Assembly: GCA_964389135.1 (NCBI GenBank)
Contig: CAYMDA010000012.1
Coordinates: 8,033-72,032, forward strand
Reading direction: 5' to 3'
Length of the DNA: 64,000 nt
Origin: an uncultured Verrucomicrobiota bacterium
GTDB taxonomy: Bacteria > Verrucomicrobiota > Verrucomicrobiia > Limisphaerales > CAIMTB01
A model generated the notes under the pieces. That model saw nothing but the letters and a program-made list of their open reading frames with translations. It had not been told where the DNA came from and did no database searches. Shown here one piece after another: positions 8,781-17,873 of the stretch. Within the stretch, counting starts at the first letter, position 1, and each line of letters starts with the position of its first letter. Made by a program: the position numbers and the translations under genes.

Positions 8781-9956
8781 ATGAAGGCCATCGTTCAAAT
8801 TCTCGGATGTGTCCTTGCGGTCTCTTCCATGGCCGCCGAGCCCCCTCCCCGTGCCGGCCGCAGCGCTCCCCGGGAGGTGAGATCACCCGAGATCCTCGAG
8901 AACCGGCAGGTGGCGTTTCGAATCTTCGCGCCGGCGGCGGGCACGGTGCGTCTCGGGGGAAGTGACCTCGGATCGGGCGGTGACATGGAACTGACCCGCG
9001 GCACCAACGGGGTCTGGGAGGTCGTGGTCGGGCCCCTGGCGCCGGGAAGCTACCGCTACCACTTCAACGTGGACGGCCTCCAGGTGATCGATCCGCTGAA
9101 TCCTCGCACAAGTGAGTCGAATGCGAACACGTGGAGTCTCGTCCATGTTCCAGGCGCAGAGTACATGGACACACGGCCCGTGCCGCGCGGCGCGGTGTCG
9201 GAGGTCACCTATTTCTCCGCGACGCTCGATCGCTTCCGGAGGCTGCACGTGTACACGCCGCCAGGCTATGAGACCGGCACGGACCCCCTGCCGATCCTGT
9301 ACCTGCTGCACGGCGCCTTTGACTCGGATGACTCATGGACCACGGTCGGACGCGCCGGCTTCATCATGGACAACCTCATCGCGGACGGTCTCGCCGAACC
9401 CATGATCGTCGTGATGCCCGCGGGTCACACGGGCCCGTTCCGGTTTGGATCATCGGCCGGCGATGCGTTCGAACGCGATTTCGTGAATGAGATCATGCCG
9501 CAGATGGAGCGGAGATACCGGGTCCGGGCCGACCGGGATCACCGGGCGATCGCGGGTCTCTCCATGGGAGGCGCGCAGACCCTGAACATTTTTGCCTCCC
9601 GCATGCAGGACTTCGGGTATGTCGGCGTGTTCAGCTCGGGAGTCTTCGGTATCGCGGGGCGCCAGGGACGACCCGGGGACCCCGGGTGGGAGCAACGACA
9701 TCGGGAGGCGCTCGAGAACGCTCACCTGCGCGACGGCCTGAGGCTGGTCTGGTTCGCCACGGGAAAGGATGACTTTCTGCTGGAGACCACGAAGGCGACG
9801 GTCGAGATGCTCCGGCGGCACGGGTTTGACGTGGAGTACAGGGAGACGGAGGGCGCGCACACATGGCACGTGTGGCGGGAGTACCTTCGCGAGTTCGCGC
9901 AGAAGCTCTTCCGCGCGGAGGCGGATACGGATGGCGACGCCGCGGGGAAACGGTAG
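8781..9956 (+). CDS. Secreted esterase (PF00756/CE1-like) with N-terminal E-set/CBM48-like domain
   Basis: Signal peptide MKAIVQILGCVLAVSSMAA. Ig-like module (VAFRIFAPAAGTVRLGG...GVWEVVVGPLAPGSYRYHFNVDG). Esterase core (PILYLLHGAFDSDDSW, nucleophile elbow GLSMGGAQT, EGAHTWHVW). Confidence 0.75.
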   Translation: MKAIVQILGCVLAVSSMAAEPPPRAGRSAPREVRSPEILENRQVAFRIFAPAAGTVRLGGSDLGSGGDMELTRGTNGVWEVVVGPLAPGSYRYHFNVDGLQVIDPLNPRTSESNANTWSLVHVPGAEYMDTRPVPRGAVSEVTYFSATLDRFRRLHVYTPPGYETGTDPLPILYLLHGAFDSDDSWTTVGRAGFIMDNLIADGLAEPMIVVMPAGHTGPFRFGSSAGDAFERDFVNEIMPQMERRYRVRADRDHRAIAGLSMGGAQTLNIFASRMQDFGYVGVFSSGVFGIAGRQGRPGDPGWEQRHREALENAHLRDGLRLVWFATGKDDFLLETTKATVEMLRRHGFDVEYRETEGAHTWHVWREYLREFAQKLFRAEADTDGDAAGKR

Positions 9957-10118
9957 ACCGTTTCGGCGGCGTGATCCTTGCGAAATGCCCGAAATCGCGA
10001 GTTTACTCACGTTTTTCCGCGAGTGAATGGCGCATTCATCGGGCACTTACTGAGTTGGCGATTGACCTCTGCGCCGGGTTCTGGCTTTTTCAAGGCTTTC
10101 CGAAAGAGGAAAAACAAG

Positions 10119-10391
10119 ATGATCCCAAGCGCTGAATCACTACAACGAGCCAACGAGATCCTGCGACAGATCGAAAGCCTACAGTCAGAGCTGGTGTCTC
10201 TGTTCAACGGTAGCGGCGCCCGGGCCGCGGGCGGGGGAACGACGGCGGCGCCCGCGAAGCGTCGCGGCCGGCCGCCGGGCAGCGGAAAGAAGCGCCGCCA
10301 GATGAGCCCCGAGGGACGCGCGCGCATCGCCGCCGCGGCGCGTGCGCGCTGGGCGCGGTATCACGCGCAGCAGTCCGGCGGGAAGAGTTGA
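10119..10391 (+). CDS. Small basic protein: N-terminal coiled coil plus AT-hook (KRRGRPPGSGKKRR) plus R/A-rich tail; function unknown
   Basis: ATG preceded by AAGAGGA about 8 nt upstream. Sits in a local GC dip and is followed by hairpin terminators. The product has no enzymatic motifs. The part of the ORF upstream of 10119 looks non-coding. Confidence 0.5.
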   Translation: MIPSAESLQRANEILRQIESLQSELVSLFNGSGARAAGGGTTAAPAKRRGRPPGSGKKRRQMSPEGRARIAAAARARWARYHAQQSGGKS

Positions 10392-10439
10392 GATGACGCG
10401 CCCCCCGGCGCGTCTCCGGGATCAGGGCCGAGATTGGAA

Positions 10440-10475
10440 TCGTCCCCCGGCGGTCTCGCCGGGGGACGATTTGTT
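10440..10475 (+). terminator. Rho-independent terminator candidate after the small basic protein gene
   Basis: Perfect 13-bp stem TCGTCCCCCGGCG / CGCCGGGGGACGA, loop GTCT, followed by TTTGTT. Confidence 0.55.
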
Positions 10476-10519
10476 CCGGCACGCGAGGAAGGAGGCCCGG
10501 GCGCGGCCGGGAAACGCAG

Positions 10520-10559
10520 CGGGCGGCGCACCGGTACCGGCGCGCCGCCCGTTGTGTTG
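10520..10559 (+). terminator. Second hairpin in the convergent gap (possible bidirectional terminator)
   Basis: Stem of about 15 bp, CGGGCGGCGCACCGG / CCGGCGCGCCGCCCG, with one mismatch, followed by TTGTGTTG. Lies 17 nt from the stop of the convergent minus-strand gene. Confidence 0.4.
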
Positions 10560-10575
10560 AGCGGGTGCAGCGGCT

Positions 10576-13500
10576 TCAGCGCCGCGGCGCCGCCAGGGCG
10601 CCCGCCTGGTACTCCTTGCTGATCTCGGTGGGACTCATTCGGCGCTCGACGATCTTGAATTCATCGATGACGCCGCGGAAGGGGAACACCGGGCCGCCTA
10701 CGGAAAAGCCGTAGTTGTTCGACAGGTCGCCGATCCCGTCCTTCCCGACGGCGGAGAGGTTGACCGGGTCACTGGCGATGCCGTCCGTGTAGAGTACGAG
10801 CGTCTGGCGGGACCGGTCGATGACGGCGGCGACATGATGCCATTCCCCGTCATTGATGGCCGGCCCGTTGTTGTTCGCCACGTAGCCGGTGTCATCGCCG
10901 TCCGCGTCGCGAAGGCGGACAAACAGGCGGCTCTCGTGGTGGTTGAGGTGGAGCATCGTGAAGCCCGGGCGCACGAACGATCCGGCGCCGGTCGCGATGA
11001 AGCTCGTGATCGCCCGGTTCCGCGGCGTGCGCACCCATGCGGAAACGGAGAAGGATTCCGACGCCTCGAAGTTGAAGAGACTCGGCTCGGGCACGTGCAT
11101 GAACCCGGTGAGTCCATCGAAGGAGAGCGCGTTGCCGATCACGCCGGGCTCCTGACGGACGAGCCCGAGAATGAGTCCGAGCAGGCGCGAGGGGCTGGAG
11201 TCGTAGGCGATGCCGTCCTGCACCGCCTCGAACCTGAAGTCCATCAGCGGGTGGGTGTCGGGAATCTGCGGGGTTGCATCCTCGACGATGACCGGCACCG
11301 TGACGATGGGGGATTCGTTGCCCGACTGGTCGCGGGCGCGAACGCGGAAGGAATAGTTGCCGGGCGCCAGTCCCGCGTAGGACGCGAAGGCGCGCGGATT
11401 CCACTCGGACCAGTCTGAGTCGAAGCCGGCGAGCATGTAGCTGTAGGTGATGACCCACGGCTCGAGCTGCGAGGGAAGGTCGGTCTCGTCGATCGCGATC
11501 CATCGGAAGCGGACGGGATCGGAGCGCGTGGGGCCCGTGGGCCACGAAGTCATCGCGAGGTTCGGCGGCGTGGTGTCGCGGACGACGGAGACGGCGCCCG
11601 CCTGGAACGCCTTCACGAGGTCGGCCGTGGAGACGCCCTGCGCCGTGACATAGACGGGGGTGGCGTTGCACTGGATGAAGCCGTGGAAGGGGATGTTGTT
11701 CCCCATGAGGTCATGGACGCGCACGCGCTGCGGATCCACCCCGAGGGTCAGGATGCGATTCAGGCGGTCGTTCGCCCAGACGGCGGCGACGGGCTGTGCG
11801 TCCCGTTCAAAGACCTGCGCGACAATCCCGGGGTCGGGGCTGGCGTCGACCACGCCCTTCGCGTAGTCGAGCAGGCTCGCGAGCACTCCGACGGCCGCGC
11901 CCTTCGGACGCACCGAATCGTCGTACTCAAAGATGGTCGCGTGCGTTTTCGTGATGCCGGGGCCGTTGTAGATGCGGTTGTCGTAGTAGAAATACTTGCC
12001 GATGCCATTTCCCAGACTGCGGAGCGCGGCCTGCGCCGTCAGTTCCGGGGCGCCACGTGCGCCGTACTGGTAGCGTTCGCTGTCGAGGTGCGGCCAGATG
12101 TAATGGTCGTACTCGACGAAGCCGGAGTTCTCTCCCATGTAGAAGCCGCGGTCCCAGACGCCGGATTCCGTGTTCCATGTCTCGAGGTTGAACTCGTTGA
12201 TGACGTTCTGGTGGAAGTCGGCGTAGGCCTTGGCGGACATCTTCGGGTAGAGATGGGTGGCCCCGAGGTCCATGAAGTCGCGCCAGTTCGGGCCCAGCTC
12301 GAGCACCACCTGGCGGCACCAGTTGAAGTCGGTGACGCCCCCGAATCCGAGGATGCGCGCCTGCGGGTCCTCGGCGCGGATCACCTGCGCGGCGGTGCGA
12401 AGGAGCGCGGCGTAGAAGTCCGCCTGGAACCACCAGTTGGGTTCGTTCCAGATCTCCCAGTATTTCACGCGGTCCTTGTAGTGGCGGACGATGCCGCGGA
12501 CGAAGTCGGACCACTTGCCGAGGTCCGGGGCGCCGTTGGCGTCGGCCCATGCGGGCCATTCCTGGCCCAGCGTGCCCAGCACCGTCATGCCGTTCGCGAC
12601 CGCCCGGTCGATCTCGTCGTCGAACCAGATCCATCGATCCTCGGTCGGATGAGCCGCGATCCAGCGGAACGCGCGTGACGGGCTGGTGGTGCGCACCCAG
12701 GTGGTCCCGAGCCGCTTCAGTGCGGCGAACTGGAAGTCCGTGAAATCCGGGTGGGCCCCGAAGATGCCCTGTCCCGGGGCGCGCTGCGCGAGGAGGCGCG
12801 GCTGGATGGTGTAAACGAGCTCATCGAGCGTGTTGTCGAGGCCCACGATCCAGGTCAGCACGCGGAACGCGCCGGTGGCCCCCGTCTGGAGGTTGAGCGT
12901 CTGTTCCGATGTGGATTCACCCGGCACGCTGAACGGGACTTCCCCGGAGGCGACCCGCCGGTTGAGCGTGTCATAGATCTCGTAGCGCACCTGGCCGGTG
13001 ACCTGGTTCCGCTGATGATTCCGGACGAGAAGGCGCGCGACCGGCGGCTCGTCGGAGGTGAAGATGTTCGAGGGAGCCCGGCAGGTCAGGCCCGCCTCGA
13101 CGGGGACCCTCGGGGCGAAGTCACTCAGTTCGCCTTCCTCGAGCTGCAGTGCGTCGATCCATGTGTAGCCTTCCAGCGGCCCCTGGACGAAAATGCGGAA
13201 CTGATAATCCGGAGTGGGGTAGTCCAGCAGGTACCCGGAGACACTCACGCGCGTCCAGTGCGTGCCGATCTCGAACGTCCTGGAGAGCTGCACCGTGGGA
13301 GGATATCCCGGGGGCGCGGCGGTCATGTTCTTCGCGAAGAGCGTGACCTTCGAGGGAAAGCTGGCGCGCACCCACGCGGAGAACGTGTGGAGACGGTTGG
13401 GGCGCACCCGGTAAACCTTGCTGACGAGCTCCCCGTAGTTCGGGAGGCGCACGGCTCCGGAGCCGGAGAAGGCAAGGTCGGTGGTCCAGAGGGAACTGAC

Positions 13501-14166
13501 GGTGTAGGGGCGGGAGGCCGCCTCCCGGAGGCCCCAGCCGCGGCCCAGGCCGACCTCGAAGTCCGGGTTGTCGAGAAGGTTCCCCTTTCGTGGCGGGGAG
13601 TCATCCATCGCGGTGGGGTAGTGGAGATTCATGAGGATGTCGCCGCTGTTGACGATGGCGTCCTCACGCGTGGTGATGCAGATGCCCTTCAGGAGATAGA
13701 TCTGCCGGACATTCAGCGGGAGGGACCTGTGCACCGTGAGCTGGAGGGTGTCGGTCGGCGAGCTGACGTCGAGCGTGACAGGGAGCGTCCACCAGCCCGT
13801 GAAGTCCGAGGGATCAAAGTCGGTGATCGACTGGCTCGCCCCGCCCAGATGCACGTCAAGGCGGCCGTTGTTCTTGTAGTCATAGAGTTTGACCGACAGG
13901 TAGTACCGTCCCGGCTGCAGCGTGCGGCCGAGCGGGATGGATCCCTGGATCGTCTGCTCGCCGGGAAGGATCGTGCCGAGGTACGCGCCCTCCGGTGAGT
14001 CGGTGGGATTGAACCAGATGACCCAGCCGTGCTGGCCATCCATGGAGAGCCCCTGTCCCATCACGGACAGGGTGGCTCCCCGCGATGCTTGGAGGGTTGC
14101 GGCAAGGAGCAACAGCGCCGCAAGCCATCTGCGGGCTGTTTTCGTTCGGGAGGTGAGGCAGGTCAT
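10576..14166 (-). CDS. Secreted multidomain glycoside-hydrolase-like protein (TIM-barrel GH with WEIWNEPN motif, Y_Y_Y domain, C-terminal LamG/concanavalin-like domain)
   Basis: Signal peptide MTCLTSRTKTARRWLAALLLLAATLQASRG at the internal ATG 14166. KYWEIWNEPNWW (clan GH-A acid/base motif) near 12440-12470. YSYMLAGFDSDWSEW...YAGLAPGNYSFRVRARDQSGN (three-Y motif) at about 11300-11520. LamG-like FDGLTGFMHV...FSVSAWV...GEWHHVAAV...LYTDG at the C-terminus. Confidence 0.8.
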   Translation of the reverse strand: MTCLTSRTKTARRWLAALLLLAATLQASRGATLSVMGQGLSMDGQHGWVIWFNPTDSPEGAYLGTILPGEQTIQGSIPLGRTLQPGRYYLSVKLYDYKNNGRLDVHLGGASQSITDFDPSDFTGWWTLPVTLDVSSPTDTLQLTVHRSLPLNVRQIYLLKGICITTREDAIVNSGDILMNLHYPTAMDDSPPRKGNLLDNPDFEVGLGRGWGLREAASRPYTVSSLWTTDLAFSGSGAVRLPNYGELVSKVYRVRPNRLHTFSAWVRASFPSKVTLFAKNMTAAPPGYPPTVQLSRTFEIGTHWTRVSVSGYLLDYPTPDYQFRIFVQGPLEGYTWIDALQLEEGELSDFAPRVPVEAGLTCRAPSNIFTSDEPPVARLLVRNHQRNQVTGQVRYEIYDTLNRRVASGEVPFSVPGESTSEQTLNLQTGATGAFRVLTWIVGLDNTLDELVYTIQPRLLAQRAPGQGIFGAHPDFTDFQFAALKRLGTTWVRTTSPSRAFRWIAAHPTEDRWIWFDDEIDRAVANGMTVLGTLGQEWPAWADANGAPDLGKWSDFVRGIVRHYKDRVKYWEIWNEPNWWFQADFYAALLRTAAQVIRAEDPQARILGFGGVTDFNWCRQVVLELGPNWRDFMDLGATHLYPKMSAKAYADFHQNVINEFNLETWNTESGVWDRGFYMGENSGFVEYDHYIWPHLDSERYQYGARGAPELTAQAALRSLGNGIGKYFYYDNRIYNGPGITKTHATIFEYDDSVRPKGAAVGVLASLLDYAKGVVDASPDPGIVAQVFERDAQPVAAVWANDRLNRILTLGVDPQRVRVHDLMGNNIPFHGFIQCNATPVYVTAQGVSTADLVKAFQAGAVSVVRDTTPPNLAMTSWPTGPTRSDPVRFRWIAIDETDLPSQLEPWVITYSYMLAGFDSDWSEWNPRAFASYAGLAPGNYSFRVRARDQSGNESPIVTVPVIVEDATPQIPDTHPLMDFRFEAVQDGIAYDSSPSRLLGLILGLVRQEPGVIGNALSFDGLTGFMHVPEPSLFNFEASESFSVSAWVRTPRNRAITSFIATGAGSFVRPGFTMLHLNHHESRLFVRLRDADGDDTGYVANNNGPAINDGEWHHVAAVIDRSRQTLVLYTDGIASDPVNLSAVGKDGIGDLSNNYGFSVGGPVFPFRGVIDEFKIVERRMSPTEISKEYQAGALAAPRR

Positions 14167-15009
14167 GATGGGTACTGAGTGGGTTTCTCCCGCGGACAGC
14201 AGACGCTCGAACGGGGTGGCCCCGTTCGGCGCGCCTTTCGCGGGCAGGTGTTCTGAGGGACGTCGTGTTCGGGTGGGGCGAAAGGTGTGGCCGGCCGCGC
14301 CCGCGGCGCATCGGCCGGAGTCCGGCTGGCCTGACCGGCCCGCAGCGCCGCGTCTCCGCGCGCGTCGTTCACCCGGCGCCGGGCGGCCGGATGAATGCCC
14401 GGGGACGACACCGCGCACACTGATGAAAGCGGAGACGGGTCTGTCGGGAATCGAGCGGCGCGCCGGCGCCGGGACGGCCGCAGGCCGGCCGTGCATCCCG
14501 AATTGGGGGAGAGACAAGTCACATTGACTCAGTTGATTCGGGATGGCAGTTCAGACGAACCTGACATCCTGCCTGGCACGAAAACGCGGCCAGGCTCCCC
14601 GCGGGATCGACGTGCGATCCCGTGCATTCGCCGTCCGGCAGGTGTTCTCCCGCCGGGAGCGGTGGGCCATGGAACCAGACAGGCTTGCCGGACCGTGGGC
14701 GGCACGGGATGCCCCGCAGTCCGGGGCATTCCGGCCTGTGTAGGCATCGTGCCGGGCCCAGCTCATGCCTGCACGGCGGAGGGGTGGTCTGCCGCCGGTG
14801 CGCCGATGGTACCCGAGGGCGCCGAGGCTGATTTCTCGGTGCTACAAGCGCGGGAACATCTCCGACCGCAGCATGGCTTGCAAGCCTGATTCGGGGCATC
14901 GAGCCGGCGCTCCCATGCGCGATTCCACCCGGATTCGGGGGCGCCCGGGCTTCCGTTTCGCCCCCGGCCGGACCACCGTGGTTCCGTGCATCCATTCCTT
15001 TCCGAGGTG

Positions 15010-16356
15010 ATGGACGCGATCGAACGGCGGGGCCTGTTCCCGCCGGAAACGGGGTGCGTCGTGGCCGTGTCGGGCGGCGCCGACTCCATGCTGCTGCTCG
15101 AGGCGATGACCGCCTTCGTCCGCTCCCGCGGCGGCGGACGGCGCTGCGTGGTGGCCCACTTCAACCATCGCCTTCGCGGGACCGCCGCGGACGCCGAGCA
15201 GGCCATGGTGGCGGGGGAGGCGGCGAAGCGCGGGCTTCCCTTCGTCGCGGACTCGGTAGACGTGCGAGCCGCCGCGCGCGGCGCCTCGCTCGAGGTTGTC
15301 GCCCGCCGGCTCCGCCATGACTTCCTCGCCCGCGCCGCGCGAACACATGCCTGCTCCCGCATCGCGACCGGACACCACGCGGACGACCAGGTGGAGGGCG
15401 TGCTGATGCGCTGGCTCCGCGGATCGGGCAGCCGCGGGCTTGCCGGGATGTCCGCGGACGATCCGTCACCCGTGGATCCGGCGATCCGTCTCATCCGTCC
15501 GCTGCTGCCGTTCGAGAGGGCGGCCGTGCGCGCGGCGGCGTCGGAGCTCGGGCTGCGATGGTGCGAGGATTCGACGAACGCGGACACCGGACTGTTCCGG
15601 AACCGGATCCGGCACGAACTGGTTCCGCTCCTGGTCCGAGACTATCAGCCGGCTCTGACGCGCGTGGTCTCGCGGACGGCCGCCGTGCTGCGTGACGAGG
15701 CGGAGTTCATCCGAGCCGCGGCGGCGTCATGGCTGCAGGGGGCGGAGCGGGACCCGTTCCGGGAACTGCCTGCGGCCCTGCAGCGCGAGATTCTGAGAAT
15801 GCAGCTCGAGGCGGCAGGCGTGCCGGTCTCGTTCGACCTTGTGGAAACGCTGCGGCGCGACCCGCCGGCTGTCGTGCAGGTGGGCGGGGCGCGCCGTGTC
15901 GCGCGAACGCGCGACGGCTGCCTCGCGTTCCTGCCGGTGCCGGAACGCGAGCCATTCCGCGATGCGACACTGTGCGTGGACGTCTGCGCTTCCGCCGGAG
16001 CCGTGGCATTCGGCGGGCTCGAGATCGAGTGGAACCGCCTGGAGGCGGACGGCCGGATTCCCGTTCGTACGGCGGGGGAGGAGCGGTTCGACGCGGACGT
16101 CGTGGGCGGCGTGGTGACGCTGCGTCACTGGTCGCCGGGGGATCGCTTTCAGCCGATCGGCATGCCCGCCCCGGTCCGACTGCAGGACCTGTTCGTCAAT
16201 GCCCGCGTGCCCGCGGACGAGCGGCGCCGGCGGGTCCTGGCGTCGGACGCGGGCGGACGCATCTTCTGGGTCGAGGGCCTGCGGATCGGGGAGGCGTGCC
16301 GCGTCCGGCCCGGCACGGGGCGGCTCCTCGTGTGGCGATGGCGGCGAAGCGGGTGA
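15010..16356 (+). CDS. tilS: tRNA(Ile)-lysidine synthetase
   Basis: PP-loop VAVSGGADSMLLL, HFNHRLRG, ATGHHADDQVE, and the C-terminal TilS substrate domain (RHWSPGDRFQPIGM..RLQDLFVNARVP). The start is uncertain: GTG at 14986 or ATG at 15010. Confidence 0.85.
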   Translation: MDAIERRGLFPPETGCVVAVSGGADSMLLLEAMTAFVRSRGGGRRCVVAHFNHRLRGTAADAEQAMVAGEAAKRGLPFVADSVDVRAAARGASLEVVARRLRHDFLARAARTHACSRIATGHHADDQVEGVLMRWLRGSGSRGLAGMSADDPSPVDPAIRLIRPLLPFERAAVRAAASELGLRWCEDSTNADTGLFRNRIRHELVPLLVRDYQPALTRVVSRTAAVLRDEAEFIRAAAASWLQGAERDPFRELPAALQREILRMQLEAAGVPVSFDLVETLRRDPPAVVQVGGARRVARTRDGCLAFLPVPEREPFRDATLCVDVCASAGAVAFGGLEIEWNRLEADGRIPVRTAGEERFDADVVGGVVTLRHWSPGDRFQPIGMPAPVRLQDLFVNARVPADERRRRVLASDAGGRIFWVEGLRIGEACRVRPGTGRLLVWRWRRSG

Positions 16357-16509
16357 CCGGGATGCAGAATCCGGAGCATTCGGCCGGAACGGCGACGCCG
16401 GGGCGCGCATGGCGCCACCGCGCGAGGTTCGGTCCCGCCCGATCGCCGCGCCGCATCAGAACTCCCTTGCTGGACGGGGCGGATTGACTGCACGTTGCGG
16501 CCCCTGGTC

Positions 16510-17691
16510 ATGCTTAATCACGTTCCCATCGCCCGCCGGGCGGCGGCGCTGTCCCCGTCACTCACCCTCGCCATCGACGCGCAGGCGAAAGCCATGAAGG
16601 CCGCGGGCGAGGATGTCGTCGGGTTCGGCGCGGGCGAACCGGATTTCGACACGCCCGAGCACATTCGAAAGGCCGCGGCGGACGCGCTGGCGGCGGGCTT
16701 CACGAAGTACACGCCGTCGAGCGGCATACCCGAGCTGCGCCGCGCGATCGCGGACAAGTTTCAGCGGGAGAACGGGCTCACCTACGACCCGTCGCAGGTG
16801 ATCGTGTCGTGCGGCGGGAAGCACTCGTGCTTCAATGTCATCTTCGCGACGTGCCAGCAGGGGGACGAGGTGCTGATCCCGGCCCCATACTGGCTGAGCT
16901 ATCCGGAGATGGTGAAGCTCGCCGGCGCGACCCCGGTGATCCTGCCGACGACCGACGCGACGGAGTTCAAGGTCACGCCGGACCAGCTTCGGGCCGCGAT
17001 CACCGCCAACACGCGGCTGCTCATTCTCAATTCCCCGGGAAACCCGACCGGGACGGTGTACACGCCGGATGAGCTGCGCGTGCTCGGCGAGATCTGCATC
17101 GAGCGCGGCGTGATGATCATGAGCGACGAGATCTACGAGCACCTGCTCTACGACGGCGCGGTGCATCGCTCGATGGCCAGCTTCAGCAAGGAGCACCAGG
17201 AGCACACGATCATCGTCCATGGCTTCGCGAAGGCGTGGAGCATGACCGGGTGGAGGCTCGGATTCCTTGCGGCGCCGGCCCCCATCGCAAAGGCCATCGA
17301 CGCCGTCCAGAGCCACAGCACGAGCAACCCGACGAGCTTCGCGCAGAAGGGGGGCGTGGCGGCACTGACCGGGCCGCAGGATCATCTTCCCGTGTGGCTC
17401 GCCGAGTATTCGCGCCGCCGGCAGACCGCCTGGCAGCGGCTCAACGCGATGCCCGGAATCTCCTGCGTGAACAGCAAGGGCGCCTTCTACCTCTTCCCGA
17501 ACATCAGCGGGACGGGCCTGAAGAGTGTCGAGTTCTGCAGCCGCCTGCTCGAGGCGGAGAAGGTGGCCGCGGTGCCCGGCATCGCGTTCGGCGCGGACGA
17601 CTACATTCGCATCAGCTACGCCACCAGCCTCGAGAACATCGAGAAGGGCCTCGAGCGGATGGAGCGTTTCGTTCGCGGGCTGCAGCGCTGA
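16510..17691 (+). CDS. Class I PLP-dependent aminotransferase (aspartate/prephenate aminotransferase-like)
   Basis: GAGEPDFDTPEHI, YTPSSGIPELR, LNSPGNPTGTVY and the PLP-lysine motif FAKAWSMTGWRLGF. ATG at 16510 is preferred over TTG at 16495. Confidence 0.85.
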   Translation: MLNHVPIARRAAALSPSLTLAIDAQAKAMKAAGEDVVGFGAGEPDFDTPEHIRKAAADALAAGFTKYTPSSGIPELRRAIADKFQRENGLTYDPSQVIVSCGGKHSCFNVIFATCQQGDEVLIPAPYWLSYPEMVKLAGATPVILPTTDATEFKVTPDQLRAAITANTRLLILNSPGNPTGTVYTPDELRVLGEICIERGVMIMSDEIYEHLLYDGAVHRSMASFSKEHQEHTIIVHGFAKAWSMTGWRLGFLAAPAPIAKAIDAVQSHSTSNPTSFAQKGGVAALTGPQDHLPVWLAEYSRRRQTAWQRLNAMPGISCVNSKGAFYLFPNISGTGLKSVEFCSRLLEAEKVAAVPGIAFGADDYIRISYATSLENIEKGLERMERFVRGLQR

Positions 17692-17873
17692 GGGCGCCGG
17701 AGGATCCCTGCATCCCGGGGCGGGGCAGGCGGCCGCGGGCCAGGGCCATGGCGCCCGAGCCGCAGCCCTGAAATGCCTTTTCCAGCGGATTCCCGGCGCA
17801 TAATGTGCCCGCTCTCGCGTGGTCTTCGGATTCCGGTGGCCGGCGTGAAGCGGGCGCATCGTTCCGCGTCGAT

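Noticed and set aside
9979-10090. Sigma-70-like promoter candidates upstream of the small basic protein gene (TTGCGA-N18-TTTACT near 9979-10008; TTGACC at 10062)
   Set aside because: The -10 elements are weak and the spacing is suboptimal. PVC promoter consensus is not well enough known to me to call these. I note only that the region is AT-enriched.
14167-15009. Tested the long non-coding gap for RNase P RNA, tmRNA, SRP RNA, tRNA and cobalamin-riboswitch signatures
   Set aside because: Neither strand has GGAAAGUCC or ACAGAAnCCGGCUUA (RNase P). There is no GGUUCGAnUCC T-loop with a CCA-proximal acceptor (tmRNA/tRNA). There is no SRP GGAA-tetraloop helix and no B12 box that I could find by eye. 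The region is kept only as an unexplained gap.
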